DNA of 38,910 bases from Paracoccaceae bacterium (GCA_031374565.1 JANMGI010000129.1:1-38910); one strand, 5' to 3'. Positions 18,201 to 27,743 are shown, numbered from the stretch's first letter. The notes: generated by a model not told the origin, from the letters alone. Made by a program: numbers and translations.

Positions 18201-18807
18201 GAAAGCCCAGCCATTCGGCAGCATCGATTTCCGGGTCGCTTTGCTGCTGAACGTAGCGCCCGGCGGTATCGACCAGCACGGCGTCTTCGGTGAAGAACCA
18301 GTCGCAGTTGCGGGTGCCACCTACGCCTTTCAGGTCATCGGCAAGGTCGACTGGGAAGTGCAGCCCCGACTGCCGCAGCGCGGTGGTCTTGCCTGACCCC
18401 GGTGGTCCGATGATCACATACCACGGCATGTCGCGCAGGAACTTCTTGCCGCCCAGCTTTGACCGCTTCATCTCAGTCAGGATCTGCGCGAATTTCGTGT
18501 TGATCTCGGCCACATTGGCCTCGCCCGGAAGAGCGACCTTCGGTTTCTCGGGCGTTGCAAGCTCGGTGACGAATAGCTGGTTCTTCTTTGCAGCGCGGAG
18601 TTGGGCGAGGAGAAGGGAAAACAGCCACAGGACCAATATGACCGCGATGACGATCATCCGCACCAGATCATCGGCCAGCGGAACCATGTCGCCGACCGAC
18701 ACCAGCGGGCCAAACAGCCAGATCAGCGCGCAGAGCAGGACAATGCCGATGAAGGTCCAAAGACGGCGGGAAAACAGGAACCGGAAGATGGCTTTAAGCA
18801 CTTTCAT
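15274..18807 (-). CDS. tssM: T6SS membrane complex TssM (IcmF)
   Basis: N-terminal TMs, PWYVIIGPPGSGKTT (Walker A), DTAGRY and RGFYFTSATQEG motifs, ImcF C-terminus. Confidence 0.98.
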   Translation of the reverse strand: MKVLKAIFRFLFSRRLWTFIGIVLLCALIWLFGPLVSVGDMVPLADDLVRMIVIAVILVLWLFSLLLAQLRAAKKNQLFVTELATPEKPKVALPGEANVAEINTKFAQILTEMKRSKLGGKKFLRDMPWYVIIGPPGSGKTTALRQSGLHFPVDLADDLKGVGGTRNCDWFFTEDAVLVDTAGRYVQQQSDPEIDAAEWLGFLDMLKKHRGKRALNGVILTLSLKDLLAGETAVREHGREIRKRLAELRDRLQIQLPVYLMITKVDLVPGFEGFFGPLTNKDREQVWGATLPTDARIDRTTIERETKALSANLEARLVSRMAEDVALDQRAEVFRFPSQMERLDAPLKLLIDAVFGESKYEESPWLRGFYFTSATQEGSPIDRLVGELAGSFGLNADAPTRRPFGEKRSYFLRNMLTDLIFPEAGLGTFDAAAEERRKWVWRGSLAGASLLTIVAGLLFLFSFLRYSGGIDDQERLLADLSGRLANVAARQAPTDPLDLELALEGVTEVKAAATEIATSPLTIIGPTARSELSEAQRIAYDRGLRNILEPRMVAMLEATMWRQVRDPEYLLGALKVYYMMTGLTPYNRDFVGQWWQDQLPLNAPIDPFPTDAAREHQLAAIDRMGSEEQKIAPDNDLVQAALQSICTIPLAARAYSALISDPAVTALPEWIPAEKAGPNATRVLTRISEKTLRVGLPGAFTYDGFHNTVLPLIPDVAATAALDQAVFAGGCAESSDASVPTLEADILKLYQDDFIAQWNGFLRDIRLAPITDLPTATANMKDLASPDSTLRRLVRAVVDEVDLTRVIPEEEGAATDGLAKKAVSKLGKVGKLLKAGSKFATSTGGTADGPPPGTDVALHFAPLKGAIQEVDGIPPLLDDVGLQLDGLAKELASAMNSPDPEATLLARGGLGELTGAVANAAKSLPDPLDDWVAGIAGDTIAVTRDAVISQLNDRWRADVYDFCVKATEGRYPFDEASAIDVNVADFRELFAPGARIDKFVTDNLLPYIDTTVKPWAWRADFGLDGALLSPFERARSIRDGLFPGGSGPVMAFTLEAKDLTPNAASVTMNVDGQVLTYLNAATRPLPMTWPGPDGTNLISLSFQPADGTGELLTSETGSWAWLRLIRKGRLTATDLPEVFKLRLGLSGFSADFELRAASVDNPFDLKMFGNFKCPTKF

Positions 18808-20247
18808 CTAGAGCTTCTTCTCGATCTTGATCTCGATGCGACGGTTTTCGGCGCGGCCTGCCTTTGTGCCATTGTCGCCCACGGGTTCGCTGTCGGCCCT
18901 ACCTTCGGCGGCCAGCAGGTCCGGCGGAACTCCGGCGGCACTAAGAAGGTCAGCGATGGTCTTGGCGCGAGCCTCTGACAACCCCTGGTTCGACGCGAAC
19001 GGGTTCGAGGCTTGCACCGGAACAGAGTCGGTGTGGCCGATGATGGTGACTTTGCCGATGACGTCGATGTTTTCGGTGATGCATTCGGCAAGCGCGGTCA
19101 CCAGCGAACCGTAGACATCGTTGATAGTGGCCTTGGCGGACCGGAACACTTCGGGGTTGCTGCCGCGCAGGGTGAAGAAGGCAAAGCTGACGTCATCCTT
19201 GCCGCTTAAGGCCGCAGCAGTGTCGGCTGGGGCCTTGGCCAGACAGGCCGGGACCAGTTCCAGCACCGCGGGCGCCAGCACGATCTCGGGTGCGGGGGGG
19301 TCGGCATTGGTGCGCACCGGACGGAAGATCTCGGCGCGCTCAGGCGGCGGAAGCAAACGGGCAAGCGCGTAAAGCTGCGTGGCCTTGTTCGACAGCTGGA
19401 TGCCAAGGCCGACATAGGTTGCAGTAGTGACGGCGACAGCGGCCAGCGCGATGGTCCAGAGCGGCACGGCAAAGCGCGGCCTTTCGTCCGGCGCGACCAC
19501 ACCTTGCCAATGCGGGGAAAGCTCTGCCGCTTCCGCCTCGGGGTTGCGGATCGCGCGGGCGATGGCCGACCGCGTCGCCAACAGCGCGGACTCCCCCGCC
19601 CGTCCTTGCACCCGGTGCTTGCCCCGGAAACCAAGGTTCAGGCAGTGAAACCCAAGTTCAAGCATCTGCGGGTCGCGGTTGGGATACCGAAGCAGCTCGT
19701 CCAGCCGGTCGAAGAACTTGGTTCCGGCGTCCACTTCGCCCGAAAGCCCTACGACGAGCGGTTGCCGGGGCCAGCTGGAATGGCCGCCCCAGGGCGTGTT
19801 CAGCGCAATGTCATCCACCAGTGCAGCCACGAACCAGGCGGCCTGATTGGCGCGGCTCATCGGGACGCCCATGCCGATGGCGCTGTCCCGGGCGTCGATC
19901 AGATTTTCCTGCACTCGCAGCCGCAACGCCTCGGCATTGGCCGGAGGCGTCGCCCGTTCCAGTTCCGGAGCAAGCTCCAGAAGCGATGCAAAGGCAACGA
20001 TCAGCGGGTTGGCATGGGCGCGGGTGAGACGAGGTTTCGGTCCGCGACCCCCCTGTGGTGGATAGTCGGGAGGCGGACTTCCGAATCCCTGCCCGCCATA
20101 TCCGCCCCCGTAGCTCTGTGTCGAAGGTTGCTCGGCCCCGAACGTCGGGCGCTGCGGGGTGGTGGCGGGCGTATTGGACTTCACCGGGCGGATGCGTGTC
20201 CGCCCGGCGTCGTTCGATAGACCGAAGGGATCGTCATCGTTGCTCAT
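18808..20247 (-). CDS. tssL: TssL long form (DotU + TM + OmpA)
   Basis: DotU motifs (D..AL.TPWG..SW, G..FF..L, LGFRGK), one TM, GHTDS and NRRIEI. Confidence 0.96.
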   Translation of the reverse strand: MSNDDDPFGLSNDAGRTRIRPVKSNTPATTPQRPTFGAEQPSTQSYGGGYGGQGFGSPPPDYPPQGGRGPKPRLTRAHANPLIVAFASLLELAPELERATPPANAEALRLRVQENLIDARDSAIGMGVPMSRANQAAWFVAALVDDIALNTPWGGHSSWPRQPLVVGLSGEVDAGTKFFDRLDELLRYPNRDPQMLELGFHCLNLGFRGKHRVQGRAGESALLATRSAIARAIRNPEAEAAELSPHWQGVVAPDERPRFAVPLWTIALAAVAVTTATYVGLGIQLSNKATQLYALARLLPPPERAEIFRPVRTNADPPAPEIVLAPAVLELVPACLAKAPADTAAALSGKDDVSFAFFTLRGSNPEVFRSAKATINDVYGSLVTALAECITENIDVIGKVTIIGHTDSVPVQASNPFASNQGLSEARAKTIADLLSAAGVPPDLLAAEGRADSEPVGDNGTKAGRAENRRIEIKIEKKL

Positions 20248-21575
20248 CGGTTCACGGCAAAGCAGTCGATTTCCGGCTCGCGGTCCAAAGCCCCCGAGAC
20301 GCCGATAACAAAGCCGGGCGCATCGATCAGCTGGGCGAAATGTTCAGACTTCTGGTCCAGCTCCAGACACAGCCTTTCGCCGTCATAGGGGATCTCGCGC
20401 GGCTGCGAATGCAGGGGTTTCAGAGCAATGCCCGGCAGCCGCGATTTCCACAGCTTTTCAAATGCATCCGCCGCACCCACCGTGGCCTGACTGACGAAAA
20501 TCCGCCGCAGGCTTTCGTCGGACATATCCGACCCCACTCGCAGCACGATCCTGCTGGTTTTCAGAAGGTCGGGGTTGTCGATCCGCACTTTCCAGATGTT
20601 CTGGGCATGACGTGCGACCTGAAGCGCGCGGGATTTCGGTTCCACATGCCGCAAGGACAGCATCAACGACCGCAAGGTGTCGGCCAGTGCGGCAAAAGCG
20701 GGTTGCGGGTCTAGGTGATCGTATGTGGGCAATTCAGACAACCGCCGGGACGAAGACCCATAGGTCGCCATCCGCCCGGCCAGACCCGCCAGTTCCATGA
20801 ACAGGTCCGACGGATGGTGCAAGTTCTGCGCCAGCATGTGCGCGATACGGGGTCGGGAGGAGTTGGCAAGCTCCAGCAGCAGCAGGTTCTCGATCGAGCG
20901 GCCCGCGCCACCCAGCACCAGTTTGCCATGCGCCTCGCCGATGCGGTCAAGCCCGGTGACGACCTCTTGCGCCAGCCCTGCGTACCAGGGAACCGCGCCA
21001 AGGCACAACGCTGGGGCAAGATACCCCTCACCCACCGCAACCGACCCATCCGCGCGCAGGCCTTCCACCCGTGCGACGGGCAGGGCAACGTATCCCGCAA
21101 CGTCATCCCCCGGCAGGATCAGTCTTGCGGCAAGGCGCGCAACTTCCAGCTCTTCCGGTTCCGCCCCTCCGCGGATCGCATCCCGCACCGTCTGGATCAT
21201 CCCGCGGTAGCGTGATCCTGCCGGTTCGGCATGGGCCGGGTCGATGGTTGCAGCACCCGGGCGTTCGATGGGCACCGCCAGTGACACCAGCCCAGCCATG
21301 TCAGCCTTGATCGGCACCGGGGCCGGGGCGGACATCGTATCGGGAATGGCAAACGGAGTGCCATCGGGAAAGATCCCGGGGGCCGAGGCGATCGCGACCC
21401 GCCCCGCATCCAGCGCTGGCTTGTCCAGCACCAACGACCGGAAGCCGCAGGCCTGCATCGGCGCGGCCTGAAGCGCACCGCGCACCAGGCCTTCGGTATA
21501 GCGGTCCTGCTGCTGCAGGTGCTGGGTGCGCAGGAACAACCCTTCGGACCAGACAACCTTGTTCTTGTCACTCAT
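20244..21575 (-). CDS. tssK: Baseplate subunit TssK
   Basis: KVVWSEGLFLRTQHLQQQDRY, GIFPDGT.F and LPGI.L motifs. Confidence 0.96.
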   Translation of the reverse strand: MSDKNKVVWSEGLFLRTQHLQQQDRYTEGLVRGALQAAPMQACGFRSLVLDKPALDAGRVAIASAPGIFPDGTPFAIPDTMSAPAPVPIKADMAGLVSLAVPIERPGAATIDPAHAEPAGSRYRGMIQTVRDAIRGGAEPEELEVARLAARLILPGDDVAGYVALPVARVEGLRADGSVAVGEGYLAPALCLGAVPWYAGLAQEVVTGLDRIGEAHGKLVLGGAGRSIENLLLLELANSSRPRIAHMLAQNLHHPSDLFMELAGLAGRMATYGSSSRRLSELPTYDHLDPQPAFAALADTLRSLMLSLRHVEPKSRALQVARHAQNIWKVRIDNPDLLKTSRIVLRVGSDMSDESLRRIFVSQATVGAADAFEKLWKSRLPGIALKPLHSQPREIPYDGERLCLELDQKSEHFAQLIDAPGFVIGVSGALDREPEIDCFAVNR

Positions 21576-21614
21576 GCGCGTGTCCTGCCTCATCCAGTCC
21601 CAAAGCCCGGGTCG

Positions 21615-22073
21615 TCACATCGGGGTCAGCTTGATCCCGCTGGCCGTTACGTCAAGCGCGAACGTCACGGCGTCTGTCGGCGAGACCGAGGACTTGGCGC
21701 GGAACTGTTTGCCACCTGGATCACGGAAGCCGGCAACAATGGCGATCAAGGCCGTTGACGGGTCAAGCGTGACAGTCTTGGTCGCCTTGCCGCCGGGGGC
21801 AAGCGCGATTGTGTCGGCCTTCACCAGATCGCCGCCAAGCGCCTTGGCGGGCGACTGCAAGGCAAAGAAGTCGGCCCCATCAAAGGCCCCCGCCCCGCGC
21901 AGTTGCAGGACCTGCAACGTCATTGGCCGGTCAGCACCATCCGGGCCGGGGTTCATGCCGGCAGCCCCTTGCGCCACCAGCGTCACCGATCCGGGGCCGG
22001 ATGGGGCGCAGGACACCAATAGAACGGCGCTGCTGCCAATCAGAAAGGCACGGCGTGGAAACTCATGTGTCAT
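21615..22073 (-). CDS. tssJ: T6SS lipoprotein TssJ
   Basis: RRAFL..LLVSC signal/lipobox; MNPGPDG..RP..L...QL, F..ADFF.L and A.FRD motifs. Confidence 0.9.
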   Translation of the reverse strand: MTHEFPRRAFLIGSSAVLLVSCAPSGPGSVTLVAQGAAGMNPGPDGADRPMTLQVLQLRGAGAFDGADFFALQSPAKALGGDLVKADTIALAPGGKATKTVTLDPSTALIAIVAGFRDPGGKQFRAKSSVSPTDAVTFALDVTASGIKLTPM

Positions 22074-23547
22074 CGGTCTTCTCCCTGTTGCCTTCATAAG
22101 CGTCGCGAAAATCCGCACCCACTTCGCCCAGGAACCGGTCCTCGGCGGCGCGGGCGATGTCCTTGTAGCGGTCAGTATAGGCCTTCCACAGCTTTGCGTT
22201 GCGGCCCCCGGACAGAAGGCTGCCCAGCATCCCCAGTTCCTCCAGATCCTTCTCGACCGCCGACGGGTCGAATCGGTCGATCATCCGGCGCAGCGCGGAC
22301 TGGACCCCGACCCATGACCGCATCTGGTGGTCGGCCAGATCGCGGAACGCCCCGTTGATCGCATCGTCAGGATTCAGGTAGCCGGGCCCACGCGCAGCGA
22401 TCATCGCGGCCAGCGCCTCGTTGGTCGAGGCGAGGAATTTCAGCGGATTGACATCAGTGTTGCTGATTACCGTCTGCGCCACGCGGGCGTTCTGCTTTTC
22501 CTTGGCCCGGGTGCGCAACATCAGCATCAGACCCTCGACCAGCAGGCGGAAGCGCTGGCCCATCGCCTCCATCTCGGCCAACGGGTCCTGCGCTGCGACC
22601 GGATCAAGGCCAAGGCCGCGGTAGAAGGCGTCGCGCAGGGCCGCATCCGGAACGGCCGGGACTGGCTGAGTGGACCGGGGCTCAGGCGCGGGTGTAGGAG
22701 CGGCTTCACCGCGCTGACGGGTGCGGTTGTCCTCGTCATGGATGACGACCTGGGGCGCGGGTTCCGGCTTCAGACCTGGCGGCTCCGGAGGGAGGGGGGC
22801 CGGGGCAGCAGGGTCAGGGTCGGGCGCGGCCACCGGTGGGGGCATAGCCCACCAGTCATCGGATGCAGGTGCGCCAACCGGGGCAGCGGGCTTGGGTGGT
22901 GCGGACGCATCGGCTTTGCCCGGTCCATCGAAGAACCCGCCAAATCCGAAATCGTCAGGGCGGGGGGCGATAGGTTCGGGCACACTGCCAGCAGGGCGGG
23001 CCGAAACCGAATGCTCCAGCGTGAAGGGGTCGTCGAACAGCGGTGGCGGTGGGGCGCGGTCCGGGGTCGCGTCATAGCGCCGGGCGTCTGTAGCGCCCTG
23101 ATCAAAGGGCTGCGGCAGGCCGTCCGGGCGGCGCACAGGCGGCGGCGGCGTCACCGGTTGCGAGAAGAAGTCATCATGCGTCATCTGTCGCTGCGTCGGG
23201 GCCTGCGTGCGAGGCCCAGCAACTGGCACCGCGGCCTCGACCTCGACCCGGATCACCGTGTCCCCCAGCCGCAGCCGCATCCCGGATTCAAGACGCGCCG
23301 CATTGCCCGGCCCCAGCGGCTGGTCTTTGCCGTCGATGTAAAGCCCGCCCCGGCTGGCGTCGGTGACGGTGAACTGCCCCGCCTCGCCGGTGATCACGCA
23401 ATGCTTGCGCGAGACATACATGTCGGGGTCGTTCAACTGCCACGAACATTCGGCCCCGCGCCCAATCGAGAACTCTCCTCCCGGATGACGCATTTCGCGC
23501 CGGTCCTGCGGATGCGTGCTGTGCTCGATGACAAGGCGAAGGGTCAT
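22063..23547 (-). CDS. tagH: T6SS FHA-domain protein TagH/Fha
   Basis: FHA motifs IGRG..C and VSRKH, a Pro-rich linker, C-terminal NPLKF and W..Y...Y motifs. Confidence 0.93.
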   Translation of the reverse strand: MTLRLVIEHSTHPQDRREMRHPGGEFSIGRGAECSWQLNDPDMYVSRKHCVITGEAGQFTVTDASRGGLYIDGKDQPLGPGNAARLESGMRLRLGDTVIRVEVEAAVPVAGPRTQAPTQRQMTHDDFFSQPVTPPPPVRRPDGLPQPFDQGATDARRYDATPDRAPPPPLFDDPFTLEHSVSARPAGSVPEPIAPRPDDFGFGGFFDGPGKADASAPPKPAAPVGAPASDDWWAMPPPVAAPDPDPAAPAPLPPEPPGLKPEPAPQVVIHDEDNRTRQRGEAAPTPAPEPRSTQPVPAVPDAALRDAFYRGLGLDPVAAQDPLAEMEAMGQRFRLLVEGLMLMLRTRAKEKQNARVAQTVISNTDVNPLKFLASTNEALAAMIAARGPGYLNPDDAINGAFRDLADHQMRSWVGVQSALRRMIDRFDPSAVEKDLEELGMLGSLLSGGRNAKLWKAYTDRYKDIARAAEDRFLGEVGADFRDAYEGNREKTDDT

Positions 23548-24572
23548 GCGGCCTCCACCTGCGCAACGCGGTAAAGCCGCAGATCGTCGGCATCCGCCTG
23601 CCGCTTCGGCGACAGCCAGGCTGTGCGCCCCAACTGGCAATGGCCAAGCTGGGCGTCGGGGATTTCTTCGCGCGCCATGACCAGTCGCAGGTTGAACTCC
23701 ATTTCGCGCCCCATGGCGTGCCTGATCGCATGGCGAAGGCGCGCGGTCAGATCGGGGTCAGCGAGAAACTGCGTGAACCGGGAAAAGGTCAAAGGCCCGA
23801 CGCGCAGTTCCACCAGCGTCTGCCTCTGGAAGCTGCGGGAACCAACCACTGCCGAACGACCAAGCTGAGCATAGGCCTGCCCAAGACGTGATTGCAAGCG
23901 TTCGGGGATCTGCGTCCATGTGCCGATGAATTCCACCAGACCGACCGGGACCTCCAAGACATCGCCCAGATAGGCGGTCAGCCGTTCAACACTGGTAACC
24001 TGCCGCCCAAGCGAGGTCGCGTGCCGCAGCTTCAGCCGGGTCTGCGCATCCGGCCCCTTCGGCTTGGTCCCCGGCAGGGCGACCCCCGCCAGCGTCTCGA
24101 CCAACGCCTGCACCCGGCCCGCCGCCCCATGCTCGATCTGGACTTCGGGGCGGGCATCGGCCCAGGCCCTCCAGTACAGCGACATCATCCGGTGCTGAAG
24201 GAGGTTGCAGAAATCCAGGAATGTCGTGTCCGACGCCGCATCGCTGCCATCGGTGAACCAGCGGTCCGACATCCGCCCCATGACCCAGCGGGTGATGTGC
24301 AACGGCAGCGCGCCCTCGGGTCCAAGCAGGCCCAGCACCTCGACATCCACCTTCGCGGGGGGGCCGGGGGTGAACCCGGCAACATCGCGTGTCCCGAAGG
24401 TTAGCCGCGCGCGCTGGCCCAGACGTGCCGGTTCGCGCGACGGCCCGCCCGACCGGCCAAACCGCGCGCCGTCGCGCTCCAGCCTGCGCAAAAGCTCGAA
24501 GAAGCCCATGGTTTCGGGAGCGACCAGATCTCCGGTCAGATCAGGGCGCGGTTGCCCGGCGTCATCGGCCAC
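23544..24572 (-). CDS. tssG: Baseplate subunit TssG
   Basis: FFELLRRLE, GLLGPEGALPLH.T, F.D..N...HR...L..RAW and LGRTAWL motifs. Confidence 0.95.
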   Translation of the reverse strand: MADDAGQPRPDLTGDLVAPETMGFFELLRRLERDGARFGRSGGPSREPARLGQRARLTFGTRDVAGFTPGPPAKVDVEVLGLLGPEGALPLHITRWVMGRMSDRWFTDGSDAASDTTFLDFCNLLQHRMMSLYWRAWADARPEVQIEHGAAGRVQALVETLAGVALPGTKPKGPDAQTRLKLRHATSLGRQVTSVERLTAYLGDVLEVPVGLVEFIGTWTQIPERLQSRLGQAYAQLGRSAVVGSRSFQRQTLVELRVGPLTFSRFTQFLADPDLTARLRHAIRHAMGREMEFNLRLVMAREEIPDAQLGHCQLGRTAWLSPKRQADADDLRLYRVAQVEAA

Positions 24573-26404
24573 GACACGTCCTCCTGTCTTTGCATAAGAT
24601 GAGTTTTTGTGCGCACGAAAGCGTTGATCGCGGCATGGCGGGCGAAAAGCTGGTTCAGAAGCGCCGAGAGGAGCAGCGTCGATCCCCCCGCCATCGTCGT
24701 CTCATCCACGTCCAGCGTGATCTCGACCCCGTGGCCAAAGCAGATCGGGCCGGGGATGCCCAGCCGCTCCACAACCTGCCGCGACCGAACGCGTATGATC
24801 GACCGCGCATGCCGCGACATCGCAGGGTCACCGCGACCGGCATAAAGGTCCAGCATTGCCCGCAGCGGTTCGGCGTCCTGCCCAGGTTCGGCCAGCGACA
24901 GGTGGTTCAGCGACAGTTGCGCCACCAGCCGCCAGGCCAAATCGTCAAGCTGGCTTTCCCCGCCCGAGACAATGTTCGGCAGCGCCGAGGCAACCGACGC
25001 GCGCGGACGGCGGAACGGCGACAGAAGCTCGATCCGCCCCACCGGATCGCCGGTTTCCAGCGAAAGTTTCGGGCTATCGTCCAGGATCGCCAGATCGCGG
25101 TTGGTGCAGAGCGCCCGGATGTCCAACCGCCGGATCGCCTTGGTCACCGTCACATCGGCAGGGCGGGCAATTGACAGGAAAAGGTCATCCCCGGCATAGC
25201 TGGTACGGGTCTGGCCGCGCCGTATCTCATCTTCCCCCGGCCTGCGTGGGCGGCGTTCGGTGGTATAGACCAGACCTGACCCACGATGCTGGCCAACGGA
25301 ATACAGCGGCTCCACCTTGGCTTCAGGACCTTCACTGTCTGCATCCTCGACATTGGTCAGTCGGTAGATTTCAAAGTCGCGCGGGCGGGTTCGGTCGGCA
25401 TGAACGACATGGGCGGCGGACCTGCCATCCACCTCGATGACGTTGCACTCTTTCTCGAAAAGGTTGACCAGCGGGGTCGCGAATAGCCGGAAATCCTTGG
25501 CCGCAATGTCGGCGATCTCTGGTCGTGCCGCATTCAGGTAGACGACAACCTCACAGGTTCCTTGTGTGCAGGTGCGCAGCGCCCGGTTCAGCCCGTCCAG
25601 CCGCAGATAGTGAAATCGGTCCGGCATCAGGAAATATTCCCGCATCAGCCGGTAGCCTTCGAATGCCGGGCGAACCCGGGGCAGCAACCCCTCGCCATCC
25701 GTCACGCCAACCAGCGACGGGCCAGCCAGCAAATGCGCCCCACCCGCTTTGGAAGATCGCGCGACCGCAGCCAGACCGTGGCCGAACACTGCGTCGAAGA
25801 TCGCGCCACCCCGGCTGCCGCCAACGAACCACAAGTCCAGCCGATCCAGCGAAAGTTCGGCCAGCGACCCCGGCCCGACGCGCGACAGCGTCAGCCGGAT
25901 CGCCGCTTCGGCCTCGGGGCGGTCCAGGCCCGCCGCATTCATCGCGCCCTTGTCCTGAAGATACTCGACCTTGTCCAACGCGACCGGCCACAGCATCACA
26001 TCCTGCGCCGAAGTGAATGTCGCGCGGGTCGCCACCCCCTCGCGGTAGGCGGCCACCGAACGGGTCCCGCGCTGCACAAGATGCCCGTCCAGCATCGTCT
26101 GCACCTGTGGGCCGGGGTGCAGCACCGCCATCGTCATCGCGGGGGCGGGGCAGACGAGGTCGGGGTAAAGCTCATCCAGAAGGTTGCGGACATATCGGCT
26201 GCTCTCCGCATCGACCTTCAGCCGTGTCCGGGCGGCAAGGAAGGCCACGCCTTCCAGCAGACGTTCGACGTAAGGGTCGGGGCAAGGCACCGCATCCAGC
26301 GACAGATTGCGCGCCACTGTTGGGTGCAGCGCCGAAAACTCGGTCGCAAGCTCGCGGATATGGGCGAGTTCGTCTTCGTAATACGCGAGGAAATTCCGAT
26401 CCAT
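24536..26404 (-). CDS. tssF: Baseplate subunit TssF
   Basis: YYEDEL..IRE...EF...HP, DPYVERLLEGVAFLAAR and GYRL.REYF..P motifs. Confidence 0.97.
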   Translation of the reverse strand: MDRNFLAYYEDELAHIRELATEFSALHPTVARNLSLDAVPCPDPYVERLLEGVAFLAARTRLKVDAESSRYVRNLLDELYPDLVCPAPAMTMAVLHPGPQVQTMLDGHLVQRGTRSVAAYREGVATRATFTSAQDVMLWPVALDKVEYLQDKGAMNAAGLDRPEAEAAIRLTLSRVGPGSLAELSLDRLDLWFVGGSRGGAIFDAVFGHGLAAVARSSKAGGAHLLAGPSLVGVTDGEGLLPRVRPAFEGYRLMREYFLMPDRFHYLRLDGLNRALRTCTQGTCEVVVYLNAARPEIADIAAKDFRLFATPLVNLFEKECNVIEVDGRSAAHVVHADRTRPRDFEIYRLTNVEDADSEGPEAKVEPLYSVGQHRGSGLVYTTERRPRRPGEDEIRRGQTRTSYAGDDLFLSIARPADVTVTKAIRRLDIRALCTNRDLAILDDSPKLSLETGDPVGRIELLSPFRRPRASVASALPNIVSGGESQLDDLAWRLVAQLSLNHLSLAEPGQDAEPLRAMLDLYAGRGDPAMSRHARSIIRVRSRQVVERLGIPGPICFGHGVEITLDVDETTMAGGSTLLLSALLNQLFARHAAINAFVRTKTHLMQRQEDVSWPMTPGNRALI

Positions 26405-27120
26405 CACGCGTCCTCGACCGCAGTGGTGGCGCGCCCGTTGTCTAGGTCAATGGTGGTCGACAGCCGCAGCCTTTCGGGCACCGGCGACAGCATCAGTGTC
26501 GCCTCCAGCTGGATCACCATGCCGGTGCGGTCGCCGTGCGTGACAGTGACACGGATCGTATCGCGCTTCAGTCGGGGCTCGAAGACCGCAATGATCTCGC
26601 GCAGCTCGCGGGCCAGCGCGACCGGATCAAAGTCCGAGAACCCGCGGCCGGAAAAGGACGGGACACCGTAGTTCAGCACTGACCGGCGCACATGGGGGAA
26701 ATCGGCGATCAATTCTTGCGGGGTTGCGAAGGTCTTCCGCTCCAGGTCGGTCATCTGCAGGTCGGATTCGAAGCGTTCGACGTTGAACAGCGCCTCGATG
26801 TCCCGCCGCACGGCTTCGCGCAGGACAGAGGCACTCACGACGATGCCGCGTTCCTCCAGAAAGGCGCGGCGGGCCATCCGGGTCAGGAACTGATGCAGGT
26901 CACGCCGGGTGTCGGCGTCAAAGTCGGCGTCCGCTTCGATCCTGCGGGCGCCGTCGGCCAGCACAGCCTCGACCTTGACCGCACCAAGCCGCGCCACCAG
27001 TTCGGAGCGTTGGCGGTCGGTCTCGGCGACGATCCCGGGCAAGTCGTCGACGAGGCGATCCCACAAGCTGGGTTGGACCGCCTCGGTCCGGGATTGCGCG
27101 CCCTGTGAGGGTTCGGTCAC
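26404..27120 (-). CDS. tssE: TssE (gp25-like) with an N-proximal insertion
   Basis: QPSLWDRL, LREAVRRD, SVLNYGVP and FEPRL motifs. Confidence 0.9.
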   Translation of the reverse strand: MTEPSQGAQSRTEAVQPSLWDRLVDDLPGIVAETDRQRSELVARLGAVKVEAVLADGARRIEADADFDADTRRDLHQFLTRMARRAFLEERGIVVSASVLREAVRRDIEALFNVERFESDLQMTDLERKTFATPQELIADFPHVRRSVLNYGVPSFSGRGFSDFDPVALARELREIIAVFEPRLKRDTIRVTVTHGDRTGMVIQLEATLMLSPVPERLRLSTTIDLDNGRATTAVEDA

Positions 27121-27161
27121 GCTTCCCTCTCTTTTCTATTCCCGCGTTGAATCAGGTCGCC

Positions 27162-27659
27162 TCATACGCCCGAGGCAAGGTCGAACTCGACCTGATGTTC
27201 ATCGCCCTGCGAGTGATCCTCGGCCTGCACGACATACAGGATGTCGATTTTCTCGAACGAGATTCCGATCTTTTCCAGGATATCGTTCCGTTCGTTCTTG
27301 AACAGGTCCTCCTGGTCGATATGCATCTTGTAGCGCGAGAACATGCAGTTGGTCATCTTGACGGTAAGGTAGGGCAGAAGCTCGGTGCCGGAAGATTTCA
27401 GCGCGACGAACTTGACTTCGGGGAACGACTTTCCCTGCATCGCCGCCAGGGCAATGTAGGGCGACGCCGCATCGCAAAGCTTCAGAAAGCTCATCTCGCT
27501 GATCGTCGGCCGCCCACGCGAACGGCCGCTGCCCGTCATTGCCGAGGCCGCTTGCTGCACCTCCCATTCCACGCCAAGAACGTCGATGTTCTTGTCGTCC
27601 GGCGAAATCATGCTTTCGCCAGGCACGTCGTCGATGTGAATATAGCCTGCTATTGCCAT
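27162..27659 (-). CDS. hcp: Hcp tube protein
   Basis: GES...D..I.V...W, F.K..DAASP and E.I...F.KI...Y motifs. Confidence 0.95.
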   Translation of the reverse strand: MAIAGYIHIDDVPGESMISPDDKNIDVLGVEWEVQQAASAMTGSGRSRGRPTISEMSFLKLCDAASPYIALAAMQGKSFPEVKFVALKSSGTELLPYLTVKMTNCMFSRYKMHIDQEDLFKNERNDILEKIGISFEKIDILYVVQAEDHSQGDEHQVEFDLASGV

Positions 27660-27719
27660 TTCAATTCCCTTTCCGGTTAAACGTCATCCAGCGTCGGGCG
27701 CACCGACTGCTCAGGGGTC

Positions 27720-27743
27720 GCGGGGGCCCATACGGGCCCTCGC
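27720..27743. other. GC-rich hairpin between tssC and hcp
   Basis: GCGGGGGCCC-ATAC-GGGCCCTCGC inverted repeat with no U-tract. Confidence 0.4.
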
